DNA of 64,000 nucleotides from Acanthaster planci. Lineage: Eukaryota. Of the stretch, positions 26,060 to 40,500 are shown piece after piece (position 1 is the stretch's first letter; every line of letters starts with the position of its first letter). The translations under genes were made by a program, and so were the position numbers. The stretch is from positions 460,938 through 524,937 of the forward strand of contig NW_019091356.1 of the NCBI RefSeq assembly GCF_001949145.1. The letters are read 5' to 3'. Under the pieces are notes generated by a model, which was not told the origin of the DNA, searched no databases, and saw only the letters and a program-made list of their open reading frames with translations.

Positions 26060-29000
26060 ATTCCATTCATTGTTATTAACCTAATCAAATATTGTTCTGG
26101 TATTCCTCACACAAAATACGTATCGTGGAAAAAGTTGACCTAGGCCTATTGCCTACATTAGTTTATAACCCATAAAATATTATGTCTACTTTTGAACGTG
26201 CGGGCGATCTTTGAAATTTACAGGAACCACAAAGCACAAGTTGAGTTTTAACATTTGGAAAAGACAGTCAGTTCCCGTCATAATTGCCGCCACCATAGTA
26301 GCTGAAGGGGCCCGACGGAACGTGCGCCATTGCGTACACACCAGAGCTGTTAAAATCATTAGAATAACCTATTATACATTGCCAAATCACCTAGCAAGTG
26401 TTATGTTCTGTGGTTAAGACATTAAGACAATATTGAAAACAAACCGGCCTCATAACAAATGCATGACAACATGTGAATTTAAATGGCCACAGACTTTTCT
26501 TCATGGGAGCATGATTAAAGCAAGAGCACTGTCAAATTGTTAATGCGGGCTTGAAAAAGAAATCTCGACAGGAGAGCAAAAATTACTGTAATTGAATAAA
26601 AGTGCGGTTGATGAACAGAGCTATGCAATTACCTTATCTCGCTGTTGTGAATGTAAACACACAGAGGTCTCCAGCACTTTTGCTTTATGGTTTCACCTAG
26701 ATTTTGTGAATTAACTCTTTTACGGTGCACCTACCAGATTCTTGGGCAATTTCTCAAACCTTGGTTTCGTTTCAGGTCGATGCGGCTTCATTTTGCTCCC
26801 GTATTCAGCACGTGTAAGCCCTTTATTTTTCAATCGTGATTGGAGAGAGTTCAAACTGATGTTTCTTATTATACAGGTTTTACGCTTAGCGTAACGTATA
26901 ACTATATTCGAACTCCAGAAAAGGACACCAATATCATCAAAGAGTGTCTGAATTCAAAGAAAAGAGGTCAGAAATGGCCGCATGCTAACGGACGATTGGA
27001 AAGATTTTACTCCTATGTATCGTGCGTTCGCTTGTTGAGTTCTTGCAAAGGAGAATGGACTGCATATACAGTATACTAACCGACCCGTAACAACTAATAA
27101 TATCTTTTGTAGACCTCTTTGAAACACTCGGGCGCCCTCAACTGAAATCAAATGGTACGAGTTACTTTTGTGGTCGTCGACATGTATTTATCCATACTAC
27201 TCAAAAAGTTAAGGACCACTTCTCACTTTGTGTATACTTTTTTATATGAGATATTTTTATGCTGAAAATTGCTCAATTAATATAAATGTCCTGAATTTTT
27301 AAATTTTCTTTTATTCCAGTGAGAACACCATCTAGACGAACAGAAAAATGAAACAACAAGACCCCATTCATCACTGGGAAAAATGCAAGTTAAGAAGAGG
27401 TCCTAAACCTTTGTTGAATAGTGTATTAAAGTAGCTTCCATGGGCATAATTTGCTAGTTCGTTTCTATGGTCCAACTTATCACGACAATTTGAAAATCAA
27501 TATACACGTGTATACTTGTTTTATGTCGTTTCCTTTTTACATAGTTTTATCTTTCTAGCTTATTATTGGAAGTAACCTGTTGGTGTGATTTTTTTATACA
27601 ACTTTTTTTGTGAATTTTTGTCACAACGACACACAAAACCCCTTTTCTGGGGTGCATTGATTTGAATGGCAAATGACATTACATGTATTTCTTGTTACTG
27701 AAATAATGCAAATGCTGTGATTTGTTTTGTTGTTCATCTCAACCCGGTTTCGTGATTCACATGGTAATTATGAATAATTTAATGTTTTATTGCAAAGCGG
27801 GCCTCTTTCTTCGGAACTTGCAGCAAGAACCCCACACCGATGACATATTTTCCTTCAGCCAATGTCCATACACATGTACATATTACACGCGACAGATGCA
27901 TTGCCTGGCTTAGTTTAACACACTATTTTTGCCCGTTTGCATTGAGACTTGAATTGTGTGTTAGGGGGACGAGCTGTCTTAATTGCAATCTGTTCGCAAT
28001 CCTCGGCATGTGTGTGTTTGCTGTCTCAATATTTACCAGCCAATACTTGCCGAGGCTCCTGGAAATCCGCACTTTTCATATTGATTTGGCGCTTGGACAG
28101 CGCGAGAATTGATCCCGCTATTTGGCAATGGGATCGCACCTTTAAGAGCGGACCTGCATCGCGCATAATATTAATAAGCACTCTGAAGAACTTCTGTCTG
28201 TCTTAATCAGTAATCTGTCGCTCAAGACACAGCTGAAGATATGAACTACAAGATGGATGACGTTTGCAACGGTTCGTCTTTTTCAGTATTGTTAATTCTC
28301 AAGTCCTCGGAAGCAAGAACTTCGACATAATTGTCTCTGCTTGGCAAATATTTTGTTAAGGCGAGTGGAACGTTATGAACAAAAACTACCTCTACTGTGG
28401 ATGGATCGACCGTATGTTGCATTAGTGCAGGTTGCTCATCCACGTTTCTGGAGTACCATCGTGATTTACACCTGACATATCATATGACTCGAACGAAAGC
28501 AGCGAAGATGAGCATAATTGAGGACTTCTTTTGCGAGTTGACAGAACCGGGTAGTCCGACGAAGTATGGATGAAAGAGATCCACTGTCTGCGCTTGCTGG
28601 ACCCTGGCAGTCCTTCTTGCTAAATGAACATTGTACGGCATATAGTATTTCACTTCTCGAAAATCAGAGCTCGTTTTGCTCGTATTTTCTCCAACCTCAA
28701 GCTATATATGGACCAGAATAAAATATTACTATTATTTATATGTTTTCCACAACCCTCTTACCGATTACATTTCTTTACGGAAAAAAATCGAGCCAGCAAT
28801 ACTGTGTACTCAGGCAACTCCAAGAAAGTATGAGTAAATTGGTAAAAGTGATTTTGAAAATTATAGCAAAATAATATCCTCACTATTGCGAGATTTACTG
28901 GAGCATTGCACCAGAAAGACATTTTTTGAAGTAAAAACTGTTGTAAAACTTTTCGAACCTTTCACAAATACCGTCGAATTAACAATGACTGCGTGAAGTG

Positions 29001-30399
29001 TCAACTTTAAGTTTCCGATAAAATTACCGGGCCTCTTTAATTTTTTCCTCCTGGACTAGTGAATTTGTTCTTACTTATTGGCATTCAAACAAAATCCACT
29101 AGAAACTAACAAAACTCAACTCAAGAGTCAAATTTGAAAACCGTTTCTTTTTTTAATCTGTTCACAGCATTTTTGGTGCATTGTTTATCGTGATACATAG
29201 CCCAAAAACCTCCAATGACTTTGATAAGTCGAATATTATTATAATTTGACGTGTAATAAAGAGATTTCACGAGATTCAATCAAGCGAACTGTAACTAATG
29301 ATTTACCAACAATAAGGCATTCAGAAGAATAGGCGAAAAAACAAAACAAAAACGAAACAAATGACCTCATAACACGGCTGTGGGTGCTGTCCTTCTATTT
29401 CCTTGAACTTGCATCCAGACCTTAACATTCAGGCTCTTTGCGGAAAAGGTGCTCGAGTCAGAAATACTCCAGCCTGTGAAATCTTTAAGGAGCGCGTTTG
29501 ACTTCGCGTGCAGAAAAAAAAAAATCGGCCGTATTTTCCCGCCAAGATGACATCTGAAAGCCAGGGAGCAGGACCCCATGTGAAGTCGCCGTTATGAGTC
29601 ACAACAGTTTGGATTGCAGACAACGGGGGTCTTTTGTTTCTCGAAGTCGGCTTAAGTTGACTCTTGACGAATCGGATCGGTGAGTGATAACGAAGTAAAG
29701 GTCTCTCATATGAGAACTTTCTGTCACAGGAGATGAAACAAGGAAACTATGAGACGGGCGGTCACGTTTTCAATTCACTGAAAAGGTTTTTTGTCTTTTT
29801 TTTCCTGCTAGACGCTGAATTGCACAAGGTGGAAAGTGATATTATTCTTTCAGAAGTTATTTCTGATTTGGCCTAAGTGGCCTTGTTGCAAAATGCATGC
29901 ACTGTACTTACTTCCATGAACGCCAATGATTGTTCTCACGACGAAGAAGTTACTTATTACAAAGATTAAGATCAAGATGAAATAACAAACTTTGGTTGTG
30001 CTGCTGAGATTTCATATATCCTATCCAGTTGCTTAAAAAGAAATATACATATATTGTAAAAATTTATTCTACAATAAAGTTTAAGCGGGATATACTCAAC
30101 AGGCACAAAGATATTCAATGCTGGGTGTTCTCTGAATCATATTCGCCTAACCACCACTCCCACGCAATACCCCATGTACAGATTGAATTGTCCGCATAAC
30201 CATTTGCTGCATTGTTAGTTACTTCAGGATATATCGCTAGAACAAGATCTGTTTACTTAATATTAATCATCAATTATATAGTACTTGACTTGCTTAACCA
30301 AAAAGGAGAATGTTTTATTTTTTTGATCGTGCAAAACGTTGGGACGATATTTTTCACTTCCGTTCGTAGAAAACACTCGGTTGTCGTTTCAAAAGCTTT

Positions 30400-30862
30400 C
30401 CTATTCATGAAAACAGTCACTGCTCTAGCCACTGGGCGTGACTATTTCCATATCAAAGCGCTCCTCCCGCGATGATTGGCCGATGAAAGGGCTTTTTCTA
30501 GTATGGTAATTTATTAAAATAAGGCGATCCCATTTTGACCTTGCTGAGGGCAGTCATCACGTACGGAGGGGGCCACAGCAAGTGCGACGACGGTATCGCG
30601 CTGTGTGTGAGACAGCCAAGTGTGACTTCCGATGTGTTTACGTACAGTCCGTGCGTGGCCGGCTGTGGATGGTATGGTGCCGCGTGCTTAGCGTGTACAC
30701 GGTATTCTCGTAACACATTCTGGGTCCGGAAACTTTGTGAAGATTTGAAGGGAAAAAAAGGTTCTTTTTCACATGATTCTCTGACTGGATTACCGTCCAT
30801 TCTTTGCGGGACGCTGAAGGCAGGCCGTGTGCAAGCAGCACAGCTGTCCAGAAGGTGGAAAT
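30400..30862 (+). promoter_or_regulatory. Candidate proximal promoter / 5' UTR of the Ig-receptor gene
   Basis: CpG-dense stretch directly upstream of the ATG. It contains a GC-box-like GGGCGTG (~30434), TCF/LEF-type ATCAAAG (30452-30458), inverted CCAAT (ATTGG 30475-30479) and ETS-like ACTTCCG (~30625). The TSS cannot be determined from sequence alone. Confidence 0.5.
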
Positions 30863-30986
30863 ATGGCTCACAGTCGGACTAAACTTAACTGGAAGTCGGG
30901 ATATTGTATGGGAATTTCACGTGTTCCGCTGTTCTGTCTGGTGGTGTGTGTTCTGAGTTTACTCAGTCCGTCAACTCTGGGCCAAG
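30863..30986 (+). CDS. NEO1/DCC: Coding exon 1 (signal peptide) of a neogenin/DCC-like Ig-superfamily receptor
   Basis: ATG at 30863 has a good context (A at -3, G at +4). It encodes MAHSRTKLNWKSGYCMGISRVPLFCLVVCVLSLLSPSTLGQ: basic n-region, hydrophobic h-region and a T-L-G|Q cleavage motif. It ends at a strong donor CAAG|GTAGGT (GT at 30987), phase 1, matching the phase-1 acceptor of the Ig exon (G+AT = Asp, giving ...STLGQDVPDFNPVYF...). It lies at the right edge of the CpG-rich domain. The link to the Ig exon is inferred. Confidence 0.75.
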
Positions 30987-33900
30987 GTAGGTACCGTTGC
31001 ACAGTAAAAGTTGGCAGTTTCGGGCTGCATGAAACAGTGTGATTTTAGCTTCACAGCGAGTTAGGTATTCTGAATTTCTATAAGATATTCGAACATGTAA
31101 ATGAACAGTTTGTGTTATTTTTGTACAGTAGAACACTTCCTGCAGAAATAAGGCATTAAAAGTAAAATTTCTCTCGGAAGCTTAAGTTTCCACAGCCTTT
31201 CAGGCATGTCAGAGATCTTTAGTTGGATCAAACTGCAGGCTACCACCGGTGTTTGAATGGGGGAGGGGGGGGGCTTATGGTCAACAGAAGGGCTTTGCAA
31301 ACTACGACGTTATCTTTTGTATCTCCAAAGTGATACAATATCCATGGTGTGTCAATAAAATCGTGCTTTGTAGTAAACACAATGTCAAGATTGGGATGGA
31401 AACGATGTAATGGACCATTACTCAAATGCCGAGATACATGTGCATGTATGACCAGCGCAGGGAGGACTATAATTTAAAGGAAGAAAGTCAATCAGGAGGC
31501 TGAGAAAAACCTTTTTTAAGTTGTTGGGTGGAAAGGAATATTCATTGTACTTTCTCATTGTGTAAATTATTCCATGTTTATAGTTTTGTAGCAAAAATAG
31601 ATCGGGACCCTTTATGTATCATTACATTGTAGGGGCCTACTACAAGTTTATTTTCCTTTAACATGACTTTACACAGCATGCGTAAACTGCTATTGTTTAG
31701 AACAGGCACAGCATTGAAGTGTAATGACCCTCCACTTTAAGCAGTGACAGAGGATCGCTTGTAAGGTGCTCTCTGCTTATACACTGTTTATTGTTGATAA
31801 GCCTAGTCTCAAAAGAATCCTGGGGTATTTGGTTATTGTGGGAGAGAATAAGAGAGCTGTCAATAGATCAATACATTGTCTGTTTGTGCTCAAGGGGCAG
31901 GGGTTCAGTAACCTTGAAGACTGCAAAACCCCCACCTAATAAATGCGAAATTCCATCCCTTCCTCTGAAAGCTATGTCCTTTCTAAGCCACCTTGGATTG
32001 AATAAAACAAGGGGCGCCCTATTGAGCTTGTTTTGTATTCCTGGCAAACGGTTCCACTGTGGAGTGCAGTCACCCAAGAACCTTGATTGACCACACAGTA
32101 GTCAGTAGTAGGGCTGGTCATTGGCTTCTGGTCATTTGAGTATAGCTATCTTGTACTTGTACATGTACTTCCTCTTTAACTGCAGACTGCAGGGGGCCGG
32201 GAGACTTAAGGCATAAATATCAGTGGACCAGCCACAGACTTTGGACTTGAAAACAAACTAGTTTCAGTGATTCCGAACTGACATTAACCTCCAGCAGTGC
32301 TGCAGAGCCTCTGGTGTGTTGAGTCATAAAAATTGGAGGATCACCTTAAAGACAAGCAAAGATTTCTTTTATCTTTACGTTTGCACAATTGCATTCTATG
32401 AGACCAAATTTTCTGAGAAACTATCTGTGTGTGTGTACATGTAGGTTAGTCATGATTAGTCCAACCAGAGTGAGACATGAAGCTTGTTTCATAAAAATAC
32501 ACGAGGCCTAAAGCTGAATTTTTGCTGTATCTTAACTGCTGTGAGGTGGGTGATAAAAGAGATACGCTCAGTTGTTCTGAGAAAAGCCATGTTGAAATTA
32601 GCCAGGAGCTTGGCTTTGGAAGTCTAATAACACTGCCCATGCAGGTGGATCATGCAGTCCAAGTAGCTATGTTTCCAAAGTTACTGTGGTTACAGACATT
32701 TTACAATTAGGTACAGATGCATGAGATAACAGTGTTGGACTCAATATTCCGATAGATTTACACTCCCAACTATTGCACACTTTGTACCCTCTGTTTTTTG
32801 CCACCATGAATTTAATTATATATGTAGGCCTACCGTAACATCAGTTTAATGATCATGTTTTGTTTGATCAGTTTTAATTGATTTGATGTAATATCTTGAT
32901 GTCCAAGGGCACATCCTTTGAAATTTAAGTACAAAATACGCACCATGCTGACAATAACTTATATTAAGAATATTTTCATTGGTCATGAAATTTCATGAGG
33001 TTTTTCATGTCAGACATACATTGCATGTAGTGTGATCTTGTTACGTACAGTTCAGTGGACAGTGACAAATAGCACACTTGTGCAATGTAGATCAAGCAGA
33101 AAATTTACAGGCTGCAAACCAGCCAAAATTTGATGTGAAATGTGTGCCTGAGGAATTTCAGTTGGCAAGCCTTCCCCTTCCAACATGCATAGAGAATGTG
33201 TCGCTTCATCATCTACAGCTCCCACTGGGACAAGTCGACAGTGTGACTGTCAGACCTTCTTTTTTGCTTCCAATATTTTCGAGTTTTCATGGCTTGATAG
33301 TGACAAGTTCGCTCAAAAGAATTTCCCAGGTCTCAGTGATCAACTTTAAAGGGGTTTTTGTAGTCATGAATGGTCTAAAACTTGGATGCACGGAAGCAAA
33401 AAAATATGCAAACTGCTTTATGAAATGAAGACATTGGACATTATGCATGGAGGGCTTTCTGTGCCTTGATTTATTGCATGCAATGTGCATTTAAACCATA
33501 GCAATGGGTGTTCCCGAAGAGCGCCACCACCCCAACAGTATGCATTAACTACTTAGCAACAGAGAATGCTCAGTGGACACATATGTAGTATTGTTAGTGA
33601 TAGTGCCATGTCATAAGAAATGAAAGGGCTGAGACTTGTTAGGGTTTGGGGAATAAAATGGATTTATACATAACTCCTGAGGCTGTGTTACCTGTGTGTC
33701 TAACACTTCTACTTGTGCGCAAACAATCTGTGTCGTTGCAATCTGAGTTTACTAAAATGACATTTCATTCTGACATTTCTCATCAATTATTGATGTTCCA
33801 TTGGACCAAATCAACAAAGAATATTGTTACATACATGTACATGTCTATACCAGTTTGGACAAAAAATTTTTTACTTACATGTGTAGGCCTATAATTTGCA

Positions 33901-36900
33901 AGTCAAATTGGAAACTACCTTCATTTTGCTTAAAATACACTACTTTCACCAGAATTTACAATAAAGCGAGACCAATTTGGAAAGTTTTTAAGGGTTTTCC
34001 TTTGGTTCTTAACTTGAAGAAGTTAGTCACTGGCAAACTCCCTTTCTTGTTGTAGACTTTGCCCACACACCTTGACCCAAAATGAGGAGAATGATTGCTT
34101 GAAACCTTGGGGGTAATAAGAACAACAATGCACAGTTTTCCCTCGCCATGAAATCCACACAGTTACCAGGTTCCCAGAAACTGATAGACAAAGTATTTGG
34201 CAAGGTTGGAGATTTGCTTGCATGGTTTGTCATTGACCACAGCTGACTGAGTGTATTATTCCAATGGCAAACCGACAGCACCAGCCTATTCATACTCCAC
34301 AGTGTCTGGATTCGTTCAGTAACAATAACAATGACGCACCTAAAATACCTTCATTCTGTTCAGCTGGTTTGACAATTGTAAGCGTACCTGCTGAGTGGGT
34401 AACAAAACAACCTTGATTTTGCCTGCTGATGGGTTTGGCCTCAGCAAACTCTGAGGGCTGCCAAGAAACAAGTCCAAATGGCTCAGTGACATGTGGGACA
34501 TACTGATCTAATAATGCAGCATACACTTACATACATGCATGTACATGTATGTACATGTACGTGCACCTTTGAAGGTTGTGGGGAAACGTCACTCTGTAAA
34601 TGTTGACTTAGGTTCATGTGAAAAGCCTCGGAATCCTTTTTGGGGGGAGTTTCAGAAGTGGCAATTGAAGAAAGTTTCTTCAAATTCAGGGACGGAAATG
34701 AAACCACACATTTGCTCAACACTTGAAAAGGCCCCTAGCTGGGTGGGGTCATGGGATAAAGTAAATATTGGGTACATTAGTCCAATCAGCTCTTTTCACT
34801 GAAAAAAACGGTGATTCATAACACATTGCATGCATATGTTTTTATGTCATGTACATGTACGAGTACAATGTGCAAGAACACAGTCAAATGTATCGTTGAT
34901 GGATGAAGATGATCTGTTATTGATACATTTCTTGAAACTTTCCCATTTAATTAGTAGTCTTAAATTACAAATATTCCACGTGTAGGTTTTTCAAAGGTGA
35001 CTATCAGAAGGTACACCCCAAAGTTAATGGAGGAAATACGAGTACATGCAAAAACAGAGAGCTTTTCAGCATTATTGAATTTTCTCCAGTGGTGGTTTTT
35101 CGGTGACTAAATTGTTTCACGTAATTTGTGTCAACACACAGTAAAATGCAAAATACCGGTACCTACAGGTACTTATTCAGCAGTTGAATATTCTGTCTTT
35201 GTGCTTGAGGCTAGCCCTCAAGTGCCCTGCACGAAACTTAACTTTGACTCTGTCTACCATGGTAAGTTGTCTACAGAGACTTCTGTGTCTGAGCTTTGTG
35301 GTGTCAAGTGTTGACAGGCAAGAGACAAGTCTGTGCTGCTTAATCTTGGCAGAGAGGTTAGAGCTTGTTAAATGTTCATCTGGTGAGGAGAAAAATGAGA
35401 GATTTGTTTAACTTTCACATCTGGAAATGTGTATGATCTGTCATCATAAAGAACAGGTTTGTATGCATTTTCCTTATGGAGAGCCATATTCAGCAGATTC
35501 AGTGGAAAAGAGTATTTTTAGGACGGATTATTGTCCCCTCCCCCACCACCAAAATGAACTTGTCCATTTCTCACATTAGATATTCTTAAATACATACAGG
35601 TAGCTTACAGTGTAAATGAATGTAACATAAAGTTGAAATCGAATGATGTTTGTCCAATGCTTTGCTCTACCATGCAATATTGGTAATGATAAAATCTAAG
35701 TCAAGAGTCCAATCAGAATATAAACCAACACAAAGAACAAACAAAATGTATAAAATTGGCTTGAAGTATTATAAAATGTTACATGTCCCTTTATGGAAGG
35801 GGAAGGTAATTGATAGGTACAAATTTCAAAGGGGAGAGTGTCTTTGCCATAGAATTATACATGTCTAACCTTCAAACCTAGTTCTGTATGACTTGCAATA
35901 CCCCTGTGGACCATAACAACATAATGTACCGGTACCAAGTATCAGTAATTACTACATTTTTGACTGGTCTGATATAATTCTCCAAAGATTCTGATGACAT
36001 AATCAAGTTACCCACTGACATTGTGTATAATCTTAAACCACCAGTCCTGGCATACATGTACTGTACGTGTATTTGATTCAACTTCCGACTTGGTATTATA
36101 ACCAGGTGTTACACAGACCCATACATGCAGTGGGCCTACACTTACCTCCAGCTGATCTCAACATCCAAAACATGTTAATCCCGGTTAAAATACCTCACTG
36201 CAATCATACTCACAGTTAATGTGCATCTGTAGGAGGCTTATTGGATAGGTTTAGGGTAGGGAGGGAGGTACACGTGTAGCATCTGTCAAAAGCAGTTTGT
36301 TGACGGGTGGGTTTGATTACAGAATGTCTTTAAGTGTTGGCTTTGAAATGGAAAAAGAAAGGAAGCTTTCAAGAACGTACAATAAACTATTGGTATTAGA
36401 AAGAATGGTTTATATTTTAAGTGCAAAACCTTGTAGCAAAAACCTAGTAGGCCCTACCTGTCCAAAGTCCAAGCTGTAGCACATAAGTTTTGTCAACATC
36501 TTGGCCTTTGTGTATGTAAGTTCTAACCACGAATTTATTTGACTGGTATACCGTCACATGTCGTAGGATTTTTATCTTACATATTCAAATCAAATTCCTT
36601 TCATCTGTGGTATTGGATCATTTGACAGAAAATTGATATTCAATGCATGTAGTGGTGTGTGATCACATGTTCTTTAAGAGAGAGAATAAAATGAATAGGA
36701 CATCTATCTTAGGTCATTACCATTCAAAGCAACCCCTAGGCCCTTCATTCTCCAGGATACAAGTAGTCCTTCCAGTGTTTAACGAGGAGAGCCAGCAAAT
36801 GTTGGAAAACATCCGATTGTGGTTACAGTGTTTGTCCCTCGCCTTGCTCTACGGTTGCTTCTCTCCATACAGATGGCCCTGTTGTGCTGTCCTCAGCATA

Positions 36901-37243
36901 TCAACAGGCCAATTATGGCAGGTCTAATTTACTGGAAAGCTGTCACTTCAAGTTTAGTGGTGGAAGGGTCCAGGGGAATTTTGAGGTTGGCTTCATCCTT
37001 TGATGGGAACTGCTGCTCTTCTTCAAGTCTTCTCTGCTGTCTTCAGTAATGCCTCTTGGATGTAATTGTGTTGATGACTGATATGTGAGACCAATTACCT
37101 CCTTTATTAGACAGGGTGTCTGACCAAGAGCCTAGATGGGCTAAGAATTCGAGATTGCCACATTCGTGAAATGCTTTGGAATAAAATGTTGAACCAAGGA
37201 CTAGTTTGATAACACCCAGGGTTATGAACCAATTATTGTGCAT

Positions 37244-37530
37244 GGGAGTTCGGTTGGCGTAGTGGTTCTTTCCTCGCCTTCCACCTCTGCAGTCTGGGTT
37301 CGATTCCCGGCTTAGTCCTCATGTAGATTGGTTTTCAGTCCCTACCTGATTTTGTGGGATTTACCCAGCATATTCTTTTGGGGTTTTCCTCCCACCTCTA
37401 AAACTGTTACTGCTTCTCATTGTCTCCTCTCTACAGGTTTCTTCAGGCTTGTGAGCTACAGTGCCTAGGGTGCTTTTGAGGAATCCTTGGAGTCATTACC
37501 AGAAATAAAATTACAATAATTACTGTTACT
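37244..37530 (+). mobile_element. tRNA-derived SINE
   Basis: Pol III A box TGGCGTAGTGG (37255-37265) and B box GGTTCGATTCC (37297-37307) at tRNA-like spacing. These are followed by a non-tRNA body (GGTTTTCAGTCCCTACCTGA...GGGGTTTTCCTCCCAC) and an AATAAA/(TTA)-like tail near 37504-37530. No complete cloverleaf. Confidence 0.8.
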
Positions 37531-40500
37531 TTGCTAATTACAAATTAGAAGCCGAGAGGACAGACTTTTTGTAATTTGTACACATGAAAAATAATTTAAC
37601 TGAATACCACTTCTGCTTGAACTATTTTGAAGGACAATATGAAAGTTTGATATGGTCTCATCTCATCTCTTTGCCATCCAGTCACAATACTCAAACATTT
37701 GATGCTGTAAAGGATCTTTGACGTCCAGCATTTCAGGGACAGAAATCGGAGAGAGTCTCAACCCCCCCAGGATTGGTGAATAATCCAGGATAATTGCTGG
37801 CAAGGATGCCTGTTTTTTTTATCTAAACACAAATACTGCTTACTTTTGTAAAAGTCAGCAATCAAATTACACTCGGACCATATTCTCCAACACTCAGTCT
37901 CAGACTAACATTAGAGTGAACCTACAGTCACGGGTCAGGCAGATTACTTCAGTTTCAACTTTCACTTTCACATGTACAGGGGTTCATGTACGTGTACACA
38001 TACAATGTACATGCATGTAAGCCCTACTTGTAATTAAACCAAAGGCTTCTGTAAAATACTGTACCTACATGTACACTTGGTTCCAACTTGTTTACAGGTC
38101 ATAATCTTGATCAGTTCTGGAGAGACTGAAGACAGTAAAGAGTAAAGAACATGAAAATATTAAAAATTCCAAACCTACCCATCTCTTGTGTACATGCTTG
38201 AGCATACATATTCAGACAAAGTACCAGTACACGTATCAGGCTTACTATTTTATAAGGAACATGATAAACTAAGCAAAACCAAATTGCCCCATCACACACT
38301 AGTACATTTTACATTGTACTATGTACATGTATGCATGCATTTGGCCACACAGGTACTGCATTAGCAGGGTTGTCAAGGAGTCCACCTACCTGTCAGGTGA
38401 TCTCCTGACCAACATTAAATATTACTACAGACTGTGCTACAAATTCCGGGACATTTTTTTCTCCTCCCCCATTACTAAGAGTGAGAATTGTTAGGGGCGA
38501 GCCTTGCCTTGCTTTGAATGATACCCAGCTTTCAGGGAAATCTAGTGTAACATTTCATCCATCAGGTGGGAAGGGAGGAAAGGTGAGAAGATTTAGAGAT
38601 GAGCCTGTAGCCTTTTTCTCTCTGTCTTGTGGCAGACCTTGCACATACGTGCACAAGCTATGGTACATGTACATCTATAATCTGACACAGATAAGGACGT
38701 GGTCACTGCATGTTGCTTCCCAAACCACATGTATTGCACAGTTTATAAGAGTCCTTTTGACAGTTTGGACATTGTTTAAAATCTGTGACTTTGTCGACCA
38801 AAGAATCATTGCGAGGTCTTTCCAAAAGTAAGTTTGCACAAGAAAGTGGCCTGCGTAGATATTTGTCATGGCTGCTGAATCTCTGCAAAGACTCTTAGAA
38901 TGGAGGGTTTGTACCAGGAACAGAGAGTGTATGTTGACTCTTGGCCCGTCTTTACAGCCTCTATGGTCTGTGGGTTGGTATGGCTGTCTTTGATATTCCC
39001 ATTTCAAACATGGGGATACATGTACAAAGATCCAGAATTTGGACCATAAATAGAGACAGGTAGCCAGGGCTATGAATTACTATCAACCTAAACAAGACCA
39101 GCTTGAGGCGTGGAGATGGGAGTTCAAGTCTGCAGCAGATTTCATCACTGATGGTCAAGGAGCTCTCGCCACTAAAACCAATAGGAGATACTAATAGTTG
39201 GCCAACCATTTTCTTGTCTTTGTAATCAGTGTCATATTGATGTACTCTACCTACATGTACATGTACATCCTTAGCGGCAATTGCAAAGCAATATCATGTG
39301 ATTGGATAAAATACATGTGCTCAAGTTAAGAATACATGCAGTCAGTTTTTGCAACTTGAAAAGATCAGCAAGTCAGAAAATACAAACTTATTGTCAGCAC
39401 TTCAGTTTGAAAGGCTTTAACATCACACGTTACTGAGCTCTGTCTTCAATTGAAATGTCTGGTTCAAGGCGATGCATTCTGTTTCATCGTTACCAGACAG
39501 CTACATGTTAACCCTAAGGCATCGCAGAGTACTGTGACAAACACAAGTGCATCTTGCACTCTTACGACTCCAAACACTCCATGAGCCTCTTTGCATTGAT
39601 TTCAGAGCCACAACCTGCTGCCTAAGAGGGCAGCGATCAAGGATTTTAATTAAACCAAGTATCCAGTGCATTGTAATAATTGCACCGTTGTACTCTCCTT
39701 TTGGCTGCCATTGATTTTGGATAAGATTTTCCGACCAGAGTCTACCAGTCAAACAAGTTGAGAAACCTAAACCTCTACTCAGCTCCAGGACAACAGAATG
39801 TCATTTATGGTTTCAGATTTGACGAATTTGTGCATGGACGTGTACATGTACCGGTACCTGTCCCATTTTTTTCACGTTGGTCACGATTTTTCTGCAAGAG
39901 GTCTTACCAGTATGTTACTCTTGCACACGTAGATCAAGAATTTACATGTACATGTAAGTGCAGATTGAGTGAAGACCTTAGGATGAAATCAGTTTTAAAA
40001 CCATGTTGTGCATGCCATGGCAAAAGATGGACGATTTTTGGGATGTTCCTAACTGAGGTCAAACGGTGTCAAACAGTTCTGATCAACAACAAGGCAGTGT
40101 GTGGAAAGCTGAGGTATTCAGGAATGCGGAATGGATTGTCCTTTAATATGCTTGCTGTAGGCGTAATAGGTACTCTTACTCAAATGAGATGCACTGTTTC
40201 AGGACTAGATGCCCTCACCGCCCAGCCCCTAAACACCTTTGCCTGATTCCCATCGTGCCGGCAAGTAAATGCATCATTTTACACCTATTGCAATCAATAG
40301 TCTATGTCGTGGTTAACGGGGATGCAGACCCAATTTTCAATCCACAGTTTAGTCGATGCTGTGCCATGTAATGTAGGTTAATGCGGAGGAATGAAAGACA
40401 CTCCATGCATGCGTCTCCCCAAATGGTCAGGACTTGTAACTGAAGCCAAAGAAAGTATTTTCAAAAAGGCCTGAAATAAATTCTGTTTAATCTTATAGTA

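Noticed and set aside
28246..28620. Possible coding fragment in the CpG-rich domain
   Set aside because: The frames checked close quickly, there is no recognisable motif, and no convincing splice-site pair was seen.
37244..37320. tRNA gene
   Set aside because: A and B boxes are present, but there is no acceptor stem/cloverleaf, and it continues into a SINE body and tail.
39758..40246. Longest ORF-track entry (162 aa) and similar ORFs rich in VHVHV/TCTC/MYMY
   Set aside because: No domain signature. The recurring peptides are translations of TACATGTA-type motifs in intronic DNA.
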